NCBI RefSeq assembly: GCF_006345805.1 | Contig: NC_042998.1 | Location: 196,044,001-196,108,000, forward strand | DNA from: Octopus sinensis | Lineage: Eukaryota | Length of the DNA stretch: 64,000 bases | Reading direction: 5' to 3' | Shown here: positions 24,293 to 36,416 of the stretch, piece after piece | How the letters are laid out: each line of letters begins with the position of its first letter | Position numbering within the stretch: the first letter of the stretch is position 1 | Notes under the pieces: generated by a model | The model's input: only the letters and a program-made list of their open reading frames with translations | The model's database searches: none | What the model was told of the DNA's origin: nothing | Position numbers and translations under genes: made by a program

Positions 24293-24665
24293 ATATGCAC
24301 ACAAAACACAGATTATCAATGAACACCGCCACCTCTAACCTCACGACCACTAAAACCCCGCCATCTCCACCACTACCACCACCACCATCATCATAGAAAC
24401 AGTCACCTACACTATCACCGCCACCAACACCACCATCAACACCACAGTTTCCATCACCACCGCCACCACCAACACTATCATATCAACGCTACACCACCGC
24501 CACCATCATAACATCGCCACTCAACACTACAACTCCAACCACCATCACCACCACCACCACTACCACCACCATCGCCACCACCACCACCGTATCACTACAC
24601 TACCACTTAACCCAGCACCACCACCACCACCACCACCACCACCACCACCACCACCACCATCCCAT
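23815..24665. repeat. (CAC/CAT)n and (CA)n low-complexity region
   Basis: Direct reading. Confidence 0.9.
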
Positions 24666-25307
24666 CAGCCTTCTAACTTCACAGTTGACCTTTCTCTAAA
24701 CCTCCTCCCGCCACATCAATATAATTTATGCCAGATTTTATTCTCTCGCCTCCATTAGACTCCCCCTCCCCGCACCCCCCACCCCCGCCACATTCTTTTA
24801 CCGTTTCCTCAGACGGCTCCAGTTCTTCATTAAACCATAAAACACCTCAACCAGAAACACTTAAACAACCTACCATCACCGTTAAAGCGTGTTAGAAACA
24901 GCAGTCAAATCAATTTTTTTTTTGGCCGTAGCTGTGTAGTAAAAAACTTGCTTCCCAACCACATGGTCCCGGTTCAGTCCCACTGCGAGGCACATCGGGC
25001 AAGTGTCTTCTACTATAACCCCGGGCCGACTAAAGCGTTAATAGATTTGGTAGACAGAAACCGAAAGATGAGTGTGTGTGTGTGTGCGTATGTGCCCTCC
25101 ACCGCCGCTTGACACTCGGCCCTGGTGTATTTATGCCCCGTAACTTGGCGGTCCGGCAGAAGAGAACGATAAAATAAGTACTAGATTTTAAAAAATAAAT
25201 AATAAATACTGGGGTGGATTCATTTGACTAAAATTTTTCTGGGCGGTGCTCCAGCATGGCCGCAATCTTACGCGGGAAACAAGTAAAAGATAAGAAATAC
25301 TAACATT

Positions 25308-25537
25308 AGGTGTAGGAGTCGCTGTGTGGTAAGTAGCTTGCTTACGAACCACATGATTCCGGGTTCAGTCCCATTGCGTGACACCTTGGGCAAGTATCTT
25401 CTACTATAGCATCGTACCGACCAAAGTCTTGTGAGTGGATTTGGTTGGCGGAAACTGAAAGAAGTCCGTCGTATATATGTATATATATATATATATGTGT
25501 GTGTGTGTATGTGTGTGTGTGTGTATGTGTGTGTGTG

Positions 25538-25568
<31 letters not shown>

Positions 25569-25765
25569 CTGTGTTTGTCCCCCCAACATCGCTTGACAAC
25601 CGATGCTGGTGTGTTTACGTCCCCGTAACTTAGCGGTTCGGCAAAAGACACCGATAGAATAAGTACTAGGCTTACAAAGAATAAGTCTTTGGGGCCGATT
25701 TACTCGACTAAAGGCAGTGCTCCAGCATGGCCACAGTCAAATGACTGAAACAAGTAAAAGAGGGA
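25308..25765 (+). mobile_element. SINE family A copy (preceded by an older variant at about 24925-25290)
   Basis: Family sequence. Confidence 0.9.
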
Positions 25766-25955
25766 GTACACGTATTTTGCTAAATAAAACTCGAAACCTA
25801 GGTATAACCGTTAAACAATAACAAGGTAAAAGTTTTTATTTTTCCTTCCCTTCAAAATTACTCTTAAATGTGGTTTGGTAATTTTGACTGCTTCTTCTAG
25901 CATGTAAAACTACCTGTTAAAGATAGTCTCTCTTCTGTTTAAATGTACACTATTA

Positions 25956-26041
<86 letters not shown>

Positions 26042-26400
26042 AATATTTAAGTAGGTGAATTCCTTCGAAATTAAGAATATGCCGTCTTCGAAACATATGT
26101 TGAGAGTAAGGAATTTTGTTAAAATCGTCGTTTGACTCCATTCTTTCATTTATATATATATATATATGTAGCTGGTGGATATGTGAGCGCGTGATTCTGT
26201 GGAAATATATGTGAACGTATAAAGTATCTTATACACACACACATACACACACACAACTGGAAATGGAAAAAAAACCCAATTTTATAAGGAGAGTCATAGA
26301 GTGACGTCGCTTGTAATGAGCCTTTCAGTTTAAATGTATCAAAGAATGTTCTCCAGTTACGTATCGAGTTCTGTAACTTATCGCTTCTCGGTTAATCAAG

Positions 26401-26432
<32 letters not shown>

Positions 26433-26469
26433 CATATATACATAGGTATATGTACATCATCTATACGTG

Positions 26470-26517
<48 letters not shown>

Positions 26518-26616
26518 TTATTATAATTAATTAATCAATATAAGCGTAGCAAAAATTCAAGAAAAATTTACCGCCACCAGCGGTCTAGTTAGAAAGAAAA
26601 ATAGTCACAGACTAAT

Positions 26617-27091
26617 ATATATAATTTTCAACAATATTAAGGAATGGCCCTGATAGGCCATTCGACTCACCAGAAAGAGCAGCCAAACTCAAGCGCTAAA
26701 TAGTTGTAATTCTGAAACCAAAGGAGAAATAAAAACATTTACCCTAATCATCTTTGGCTATTCATAGTTCGACACTTTGGTAACCAATTTAATTAAATTA
26801 AATTAATTTGTTTACTCTGCCTGTCTCGTCAGCAAAGAAGCTGGTGTCGCCTCGTGGATATATATTTTCCTTGGCTTCTTTGCTGATGAGACAGGCCAGA
26901 TGTAACAAATTTAATTTAATTTAATTAAATTGGTTTACCAAAGTGTCGAAACAATGCATAGTCCAAAGATGATTAGGGTAAATGTTTTTATTTCTCTTAG
27001 GTTTCAGAATTACACTATTTAGCGGTTTGAGTTTGGCTGCTCTTTCTTGTGAGTCGAATGGCCTATCAGGGCCATTCCTTAATATTGTGTG

Positions 27092-27100
<9 letters not shown>
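26617..27100. repeat. ~480-bp fold-back palindrome (arms ~225 bp, loop ~32 nt)
   Basis: 26617-26841 is the reverse complement of 26874-27100 with scattered small indels. Confidence 0.85.
26877..26969 (+). ncRNA. Type I hammerhead ribozyme candidate
   Basis: Stem I tctttg/caaaga; core CTGATGA 26883-26889; stem II gaca/tgtc with AT-rich insert; GAAA 26948-26951; near-palindromic stem III acaatgcatagt; GUC site at 26961-26963. Confidence 0.65.
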
Positions 27101-27156
<56 letters not shown>

Positions 27157-27159
27157 GTT

Positions 27160-27370
27160 AATCCAAACAATAAAGCACAAAAAAAACACACAACGCGAGG
27201 ACGTGGACGGCGAACGATATAATGTATGGAATTGCAGCGTCAGAAAGAAGGAAAGAAGGAGGGTTTAACGTTTCGAGCGGAGCTCTTCGTCCGAAACATA
27301 GGAGAAGGAAAGATCCCGAGAAGGGAAGACAGAAGAAAAAAAATTGCCAACTGTACACACGAAGTTACAT
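27160..27370 (-). mobile_element. Penelope-type pLTR fragment
   Basis: Reverse complement of the 23170-23365 family. Confidence 0.55.
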
Positions 27371-27398
27371 TTTGATACATACATATATATATATAACT

Positions 27399-27893
27399 AC
27401 TAGCAGTATCGCCCGGCGTTGCTCGGGTTGTAAGGAAAAACTATATAAGCATTTTTAGAGAGTTACTTCCCGTATAGATGCCAATTCGTGCTTTCTTAGC
27501 CGTTCTGTTTTGGTGTCTTCAAGCCATGAAGTCGTTGTTCTAAAAGAACGCTGGTCCCCTTGACACGCTTTTACGACGTTGATTTCCTTACACTCCCTTC
27601 CCCACACTAGCTTCACGGTGCAAACAGGTGCAGGGTGTGACCATGGACGCCAACTTCGCCGCCATCGACACACGAAAAATTATGCATTAAAATGGAATAA
27701 AAAATGATGTTAAATTATTTTTAAAATCGTAGACTCATCGTAGACGCGCGCTAATACTCAGACGGGCTCGATATGAATCACGACTATAAGATACCCGGTT
27801 TTGGTTAAACTGCACCGCAAAATGTGGGAGTAGTTAGGAATCTAAATCGAAGGGGACAGACACTCACACAACTACAGTTTTATATATATAGAT
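27399..27893 (+). mobile_element. HINE-like element, same 5' end as 691-1086 but a different interior
   Basis: actagcagtatcgcccggcgttgctcggg...ctacagttttatatatatagat. Confidence 0.6.
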
Positions 27894-28616
27894 ATATATA
27901 TATGCATATGTGGGCATATTACGTCACGAAAGGTGTACAACATAAAATACGAAGTATGAGTACATGGAATATGAACTATTTTTTCGAACAACAAAAGACA
28001 CAACTGGAAAACAAGACAAACAACATAAAGAACGACCCTTCATCAGTTGTTGGCTGTTTTGCTAGTCTCGTATTTCGAGCATTTAACAACAATATACGCT
28101 TTCGATAAAACAGTTGCTCCCGCAAAGCAAATTGAATAAAATTTGGGATTTTGCGGAGGGTAAAAATTGGTCACACAAACAGGACAGTGAAAACAAACAG
28201 GAAGAGCTGCTAAGCCTAAACGAGGTTGTGGTGGCATACGCGTAAATGAAGCTTGGACAGGAGACAGACAAGAACACATCTTCCTTATTCCAGCTGTGTG
28301 TGTGTTTGTGCGTGCGCGCGTGTGTGTATGGTATATTAGCGAGCAAAAAAGAGAACGTTTTATAATGTTTTAAATTTCGGAAAAGCTAGTGAATGTACAA
28401 ATTCGCAATGGTTTCGTCAATACGGTTAGCCATTAGCCAAATTCTGTGAAAAATCTAAATTTGTACAATGGACTTAATAAAAGTTAATAACACTTATACT
28501 AGCTTCATCCAAATGTCTCATGTGCAAAATAAGAGAACGATCAAACCAAAAAATGCTTCAATTGACTCAAAACCATAAAAATGATTGAAAGAAATGTAAA
28601 TACGAACTGAACACAC

Positions 28617-29867
28617 TCAGTATGATGTTTGTAGACCTTGATTGGAGATCACCTCTGCACATCGATTGCCACAGGACATAACAAGTTTCCGGCACAAGTC
28701 AGGTGTTACTTTCTTCCATTCCTCTTCCAAAATCTCCCATAAATTCATCGTAGTAGTTGGTGTCCTTTGTGTTACTTTGTCTCCAAGTATTTTCCAAAGG
28801 TTTTCAATTGGATTTAAGTCTGACTTTGTGCTGGCCACTTCTATACTTGGATATTTTGTTCACTAAAGAATCCAGTAACACGTTTTGCTGTACGACAAGG
28901 GGCCGTTATTTTGCATGAAAATTCACGGTTGATTCGGAAATGCTCGTAATGATGGGACCACAAGCTGTTTAACCAAACTCAAATACATATTAGCATTAAT
29001 AGTTCCTTTAATCTGCACTAGAGGGCCAACTCCTTCAGAAGAAATCATTCCCCACACCATGACGCTTCGTCTTTCAAACTCGGCAGATTTCTTCAGGTTC
29101 TCTGGATTTTAGCCGATCTCCTGTGAATCGCCAAACATACTCTCTAACTTCTGAACCTACAAAATTGAATTTGCTTTCATCGCTAAAATGAACGTTTGAC
29201 CAATTTTCATCCCTCCAGTTCACATGAGCTTCTTCAAATGAAAGTCTTTCCAATTTATTGTCCTTCTTGCTGATGGTAGGGTTCGTTGCCGGGGAAGAAG
29301 TCTTTAATCCAAATTCTTTCAGACGACGAGACACTGGAAAGCGGCTCACTTCCGTACCATTATGTACTTTTATTTTCTTAGAAATTCCAGTCTCAGTCTC
29401 GAAAGGATCCTTCAATACGCACGCACGCACAAACACACAAACACACACACAGCTGGAATAAGGAAGATGTATTCTTGTCTGTCTCCTGCCCAAGCTTCAT
29501 TTACGCGTATGCCACCACAACCTCGTTTAGGCTTAGCAGCTCTTCCTGTTTTTTTTCACTGTCCTGTTTGTGTTACCAATTTTGACCCTCCGCAAAATCC
29601 CAAATTTTATTCAATTTGCTTTGCGGGAGCAACTGTTTTATCGAAAGCGTTTCATGGCTCCATTATCTCGCATGGTGGTTTTGCGTGGTCTACCAGTTGC
29701 CTCGTCTGGTTCAAATCCTTTAGTTTCTTCATAGAGCTTAAGAATACGTGAAACTACACTTTTAGATCTCCTTAGGTCTCGTGAAATACCGAGAGAGTCA
29801 TTCCTCAAACTTTCATCCTGACAACTTCTTTTCGGAGATCGGGAGTAAATTTAACGTGGTGTGCCAT
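28617..29867 (-). pseudogene. Tc1 transposase remnant
   Basis: GRPRKTT motif, FSDESKF, IFMQ(N)N, SDLNPIENLW...EEEW; stops, frameshifts and a 235-bp insertion at 29415-29650. Confidence 0.85.
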
Positions 29868-30060
29868 GTTCGGAAGCTAGCACAATACTGAGACGGTAGT
29901 AACGTTGAGCCTTGTAGACAATGTTTGAAATTTTCAGAAATTTCTGAAGGAAACAAATCTTTCTCTTATTTTGCCCATGAGACATTTGGAAGGAACTGGT
30001 GTTAGTGTTATTAAATTTTATTAAGATCATTGTACAAAGTTAGAATTTTTCAGAGAATTT

Positions 30061-30440
30061 AGGAGTGGCTGTGTGGTAAGTAACTTGCTAACCAACCACA
30101 TGGTTCCGGGTTCAGTCCCACTGCGTGGCATCTTGGGCAAGTGTCTTCTTCTATAGCCTCGGGCCGACCAATGCCTTGTGAGTGGATTTGGTAGACGGAA
30201 ACTGAAAGAAGCCTGTCGTATATATGTATATATATATATATGTGTATGTGTGTGTTTGTGTGTCTGGTGTGTTTACGTCCCCGTCACTTAGCGGTTCGGC
30301 TAAAGAGACCGATAGAATAAGTACTGGGCTTACAAAGAATAAGTCCTGGGGTCGATTTGCTCGACTAAAGGCGGTGCTCTAGCATGGCCGCAGTCAAATG
30401 ACTGAAACAAGTAACAGAGTAAAAGAGAGAGAGTAAGAGT
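30061..30440 (+). mobile_element. SINE family A copy inside the Tc1 TIR
   Basis: Family sequence interrupting the TIR homology. Confidence 0.9.
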
Positions 30441-31170
30441 AATGCTTAACCATGTTTATGAAACCAATTCCGGATCTGTTCGTTCTCTAGCATTTCCGAC
30501 ATTTAAAAAAAATATTATTCGTTCTCCATTTTTGCTCGCTACTGGACACTATTATTACAGGGAAAAAAATTCAAAGTCTTACAGTTGTTTCCGGGATATC
30601 CCAGAGCATGGAATATTCCGTCATCAGAGATAAATAGGGGAAATGAGAAGGGTGGAGATTAATGAAATGACGACGTAGAGGACAAGAGAAAAAGGGATAA
30701 GGAGATGGAGAAAGAGAAGAAAAAAGAAATTCTTTTATTGGTTTTATTCTTTTACTTGTTTCAGTCACATGACTGCGGCCATGCTGGAGCACAACCTTTA
30801 ATCGAACAAACCGACCCCAGAACTTATACTGCACGCAGGCAAAGAGAAGAAAATAACGAATCCAAGCCGGGTGGATTCAATTTTTTTTTCTCTTTGCCTA
30901 CGTGCGCTGTTGAGTATTGTTGTCCGGGAGATTTTCTTATGGTAGAGAAATAGCTAGTTTTGGCTGCTATTTCCGGTTTGTGGTGAAGCAAATTTTTTTT
31001 GCTGAACCCTAATTATAATTATACTCATAATTATAAAAAAAACTTTTGTTTAAGTTTACCGATAATGGTTCTTTTAACATACCGAACTACTTGGTAAAAT
31101 TATTAATTAATTAATTAATTAATCTTACCCTTTATAATTATTATTGTTATTATATATATATGTGTGTACA

Positions 31171-31221
<51 letters not shown>

Positions 31222-31399
31222 GCATATATGCATATATATATATAATCTTACCCTTTATAATTATTATTGTTATTATATATATATATGTGTGTACATATAT
31301 ATATTGTTTATATTGTATTATTGTGTATATATATATGTGTGTAGAATTATGAGTGTCTATGCATACATATTTATATTTATATGTAAATTTTTTTCATAC

Positions 31400-31530
31400 T
31401 TACATTAAATTCTCTGAAGAGGCCGTGAGACATTCTTGTTAATGTCTCATTTATACCTGCTTTATATGGCTAATAGGTTAAATGGGACATACCTGTCTTC
31501 ACGGCCGAAACAGCTGTCAGCTACAATGTA
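31400..31530 (+). ncRNA. Type I hammerhead ribozyme candidate with extended stem II
   Basis: CTGAAGA 31414-31420; stem II ggccgtga/tcacggcc; GAAA 31507-31510; palindromic stem III acagctgt; GUC at 31516-31518; stem I ct/ag plus tacatt/aatgta across an internal loop. Confidence 0.55.
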
Positions 31531-31735
31531 AATGTATGTTCTATTTCTATGTCTTGTTATATTTGTAATATATTATGTATAATATCATTGCTGTTGTGTA
31601 ATGGTTTAATAAAGTATTGATTGGGTATTATCTGATGGTTGATGATTGATTTTAGATATATTTTCTCCATTTTCTCATTTTGTATATATATATATATATG
31701 TGTGTATATATATGCATATATGCATATATATATAT

Positions 31736-31767
<32 letters not shown>

Positions 31768-31932
31768 ATATATATATATATAATCTTACCCTTTATAATT
31801 ATTATTGTTATTAAATATATATATGTGTGTACACATATATATATATGCATATATGCATATATATATATGTGTGTGTGTGTGTGTATATATATGCATATAT
31901 ATACATGCATATATATATATATATATATATAG

Positions 31933-31974
<42 letters not shown>

Positions 31975-32259
31975 TACACATACATATATACATACGAAAC
32001 TTGCATGCATATATATGTATGGTGTGGTAGGGTTAAGACAGAGGAGGGTTAAGGAGATAACCGAGATAAAACAGGTAAAGTTTTTCAGATTTTCTCACAC
32101 AGAAGAGAAGATTGGACGGAAATCAGATAACGGGTTCAATCATAGTTTATTGACATAACAACGGTGTGTTTGTGTGTGTATGCGTGTGTGTGTCTATAAT
32201 ACAGGCATATTTGTATGTATGTGTGTGTGTGTGCATATTACTTACATATATTTATGCAT

Positions 32260-32567
32260 GTGGAGGCGCAATGGCCCAGTGGTTAGGGCAGCGGACTCGC
32301 GGTCGCAGGATCGCGGTTTCGATTCCCAGACCGGGCGTTGTGAGTGTTTATTGAGCGAAAACACCTAAAAGCTCCACGAGGTTCCGGCAGGGGATGGTGG
32401 TGACCCCTGCTGTACTCTTTCACCACTCTTTCTCCCACTCTTTCTTTTGTTGGCCTGCTCGCTTAGCCAGTGGGGTGGCGTCATTCGAAGGCTAAAACAA
32501 TGCGAACGCATTGTGACCAGCGATGTGTAACAGCATCTGATGGTCTGGTCGGTCACGTGATCACGTG
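32260..32567 (+). mobile_element. SINE family F (tRNA-Arg-like head), 12-bp TSD
   Basis: ggaggcgcaatggcccagtggttagggcagcggactcgcgg...gtttcgattcc; TSD atatttatgcat at 32248-32259 and 32568-32579. Confidence 0.85.
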
Positions 32568-32689
32568 ATATTTATGCATATATAATCACATAAATGCATA
32601 TATATATATATGTATGTAAGCACACACGTATATATGTATGTGTGTGTGTGTATAATCCATCACATCTTCCTAAATATTTATGTATTCTT

Positions 32690-33110
32690 TTATTCTTCTA
32701 CTTGTTTTAGTAATTTGACTGCGGCCATGCTGGAGCACCGCCTTTAGTCGAACAGATAGCCCCAACCGGACTTATTCTTTGTAAACCAAGTATTTAGTAT
32801 ATCGGTCTCTTTCGACGAACCGCTAAGCTACGGAGAGGTAAACACACCAACATCGGTTGTCAAGCGATTGTGGTGGTGGTGGTGGTGGGGCAAACACAGA
32901 TACACAAGCATACACACACATACACACACATACATATATATACATACAAGGGGCTTCTTTCAGTTTCCGTTTACCAAATCTACTCAAAAGGCTTTGGTCG
33001 ACCCGAGGCTAGAGTAGAAGACACTTGCCCAAGGTGCCAGGAAGTGGGACTGAACCCGGAACCATGTGGTTGGTAAGCAAGCTTCTTGTCACACAGCCAC
33101 GCCTGCGCCT
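32690..33110 (-). mobile_element. SINE family A copy
   Basis: Family sequence. Confidence 0.85.
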
Positions 33111-33125
33111 GTATACAAAAATCAC

Positions 33126-33226
<101 letters not shown>

Positions 33227-33409
33227 AAGTTAGATAGGCAGACAGACTGTCGTACCTGCACACGAACGCGCGCACACACACACACACACACACATACAGG
33301 TGGTTTGTTTGTTAGATAGGTAGGTAGGTAGTTGGTGAACCTGTTTGCAAGATTACAATCTTCTAAGGAAACCAGAGAAGTCACCACCAGGTAAGTAACA
33401 AAATATTGA

Positions 33410-34010
33410 CTTCATATTTTGGCACAAAGCCAGCAGTTTCGGGGGTTGGGGGAGAGGGCTAAGTGTATTACATCGACCTCCAGTGTTCAGCTGGTACTTA
33501 CTTTATTGATCCCGAAAGGATGAAGGGCAAAGTTGATCTCAACGGAATTCGAACTCAGAACGCAAATACGGACGAAATGCTGGTAAGCTTTATCCCCGTG
33601 GTGCTAACGGTTCTTCTCTACTCTAGGCACAAGGCCCGAAATTTTTGGGGAGGGGGCCAATCGATTAGATCGACCCCAGTACGCAACTGGTACTCAATTT
33701 ATCGACCTCGAAAGGATAAAAGGCAAAGTCGACCTCGGCGGAATTTGAACTCAGAACGTAGAGGCAGACGAAATACCTATTTCTTTACTACCCACAAGCG
33801 GTTAAACACAGAGGGGACAAACAAGGACAGACAAACGGATTAAGTCGATTATATCGAGCCCAGTGTGTAACTGGTACTTAATTTATCGACCCCCGAAAGG
33901 ATGAAAGGCAAAGTTGACCTCGGCGGAATTTGAACTCAGAACATAAAGATAGACGAAATCCCGCTAAGCATTTCGCCCGGCGTGCTAACGTTTCTGCCAG
34001 CTCGCCGCCT
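33410..34010 (-). mobile_element. Two adjacent SINE-B copies (an old monomer and a dimer with terminal tail 0)
   Basis: Deu/Nin core repeated; head at about 34008. Confidence 0.8.
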
Positions 34011-34483
34011 TCTGGTGCGTACGACTACTGGCTGCGGTTCAGCTAAACGGTATTTCCAGATTTAAACTTTTATCTCGTATCTTATGCAACTGGATTCGAT
34101 AATGGTGGGGATAAATAGTGTTGGCCCTGTACTTTTGTGTGATGATTACCCTAAGGATACCCTTAATGATACCCGGAAGATATCCCTTAGGATACGAAAC
34201 ATGAGGTAACGAGATGTTTAACGCTATAGGTAACACATTGCACACACACACACATGTTTGCGCGCGCGCGCGTAAGTGTGTGTGTGTGTGTAGTAAAAGC
34301 ACGTGGCTTAGTGGTAAAGGTATTCGGCTTACGATCGCAAGGTCGTGAGTTCGATTCCCAGCGGCGCATTGTGTCTTTGAGCAAGACGTTTTATTTCACT
34401 TCATTTGCTCCACTCCTCTCAGCTGACCAAAATGAGTAGTACCTGTAATTCACTGGGCCAGCCTTGTCACATTCCGTGTCACG

Positions 34484-34583
34484 NNNNNNNNNNNNNNNNN
34501 NNNNNNNNNNNNNNNNNNNNNNNNNNNNNNNNNNNNNNNNNNNNNNNNNNNNNNNNNNNNNNNNNNNNNNNNNNNNNNNNNNN
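34484..34583. other. Assembly gap (100 N)
   Basis: Run of N; truncates a SINE-D copy starting at about 34300. Confidence 1.
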
Positions 34584-35469
34584 CTCTCTATCCCTCCTCC
34601 CCTCTCTCTCTCTGTTTCTACATCTGACTGATTTGATTATCATCATTGTACTATTAATTTCCGTTTGCTCCCTACCTCCCTCCAATCTCCCCCCCCCTCT
34701 CCTCCCTCCCTCCTCTCTTCTCTCTCTCCGATCTCTCCTCTTTCTCTCTCTCTGTATCTTACCCATCTGTTATTTTTTACTCTTTCTTTCCCCCCTTCCA
34801 TCTTCCTCCTCCTCCTCACACTCTTACACCTTTTCTCCAGCCTCTCTTTATCTTCTCCACTTTCTCTCTCTCTCCCTCTCTTCTCTCTCCTCCAATCTCC
34901 CTCTCTTCTCTCTCCCTCTCTTCTCCTCTCTTCTCCTCTCTCCCTCTCCTCCGCTCTCCCTCTCTTCTATCTCCCTCTCCTCCGCTCTCCCTCTCTTCTC
35001 TCTCCCTCTCCTCCGCTCTCCCTCTCTTCTCTCTCTCTTTCTTCTCTCCCTCTCTTCTCCTCTCCCTCTCTCTCTCTCTCTCTCTGTATCTTACCCATCT
35101 GTTATTTTTTACTCTTTCTTTCTCCTTCCATCTTCCTCCTCCTCCTCACACTCTTACACCTTTTCTCCATCGTCTCTCTCTCTCTCTCCTCTCTCTCTCT
35201 TCTCACACACGTGTACTTTTGGTGCGGGGGTATCTTCTAATAATATCGTCTGCTTGACACCATCAGATCGCATCGTTCGTTGCTATAGCAACAGTAGCAA
35301 CAACAGCCATCACTTTTACTACCATCATCATCACCACCACCACCTCCACCCTTACTAGCAGCAGTAGCATTAGTAGTAGTAGTGGTCGTGGTGGTGGTGG
35401 TGGTGGTAGTGGTAGTAGTAGTAGTGGTGGTGGTGGTGGTGGTGGTAGTAGTAGTAGTGGTGGTAGTAT

Positions 35470-35509
<40 letters not shown>

Positions 35510-35525
35510 GGTGGTAGTGGTGGTG

Positions 35526-35580
<55 letters not shown>

Positions 35581-35615
35581 TGGTAATAGTAGTAGTAGTA
35601 GCAGCAAGTAGTAAG
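34584..35615. repeat. (CT)-rich and (TAG/TGG)n low-complexity block with an internal ~95-bp duplication
   Basis: About 34745-34840 repeated at about 35080-35170. Confidence 0.85.
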
Positions 35616-36046
35616 TAAAATTGATGACAAACATCATCTTGTTGGTCCAGAAACCCGGGTTGTTTACTTAAAGGAAGGAGCAAGTCCTGACAGGAAGCCG
35701 AGGCCAGTTTCGGGTTTTACTAGATCTGAACTAATCATTATCCGATCTGTTTGTCTGACGTCTGCCGCTAACAAGATGTCAGCCAGCAGCTTTTGTTTAA
35801 GATGAGAATCACTTGTTAAGGATGTGAAACAAAGCGCGCCATTGTGTCCAATGTCGCTCACACTTGTTTGGCTTAAAAAACTGCGCAAACCTATTCCGAG
35901 ACTTAATCTCGGTTTGTTTCGAGCCTGTGATTTACTTTTTTTCCCCACTCTTGGTTTTTTTTTTGTTTATCTCTTGGTCGCATCTTGAAGTGTATGATTA
36001 AACAATCACAAACACAAACGAATATATACACACACCACACACACAC

Positions 36047-36097
<51 letters not shown>

Positions 36098-36369
36098 CCT
36101 TGCATACATCACGCTCACGCGCTCTGTCTCTCACACACACACGCACACATGCACACACACACATACACATACCCTTGCATACACCACGCTCACGTGCTCT
36201 CTCTCTCTCTCACACACACACGAACACATGCACACACACACACACATACACATACCCTTGCATACACCACGCTCACGTGCTCTCTCTCTCTCACACACAC
36301 ACACATGCACGCCATATACACAGAATATAGACACACTATTTCACAGACGCAAGGACGCCCATCCTCGCT

Positions 36370-36416
<47 letters not shown>

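Larger units (their letters stand above)
28335..30544 (-). mobile_element. Decayed Tc1-family DNA transposon with ~200-bp TIRs
   Basis: TIR at 28335-28545 versus 29955-30060 plus 30441-30544 (split by a SINE-A); end ...tttttgctcgctactg. Confidence 0.8.

Noticed and set aside
27900-28090. CTGATGA-containing minus-strand motif (also about 47500-47650) as a hammerhead
   Set aside because: I could not build convincing stems II and III or a cleavage triplet
31120-31930. Three copies of a ~120-bp taatcttaccctttataatt block
   Set aside because: Ordinary microsatellite-associated local duplication
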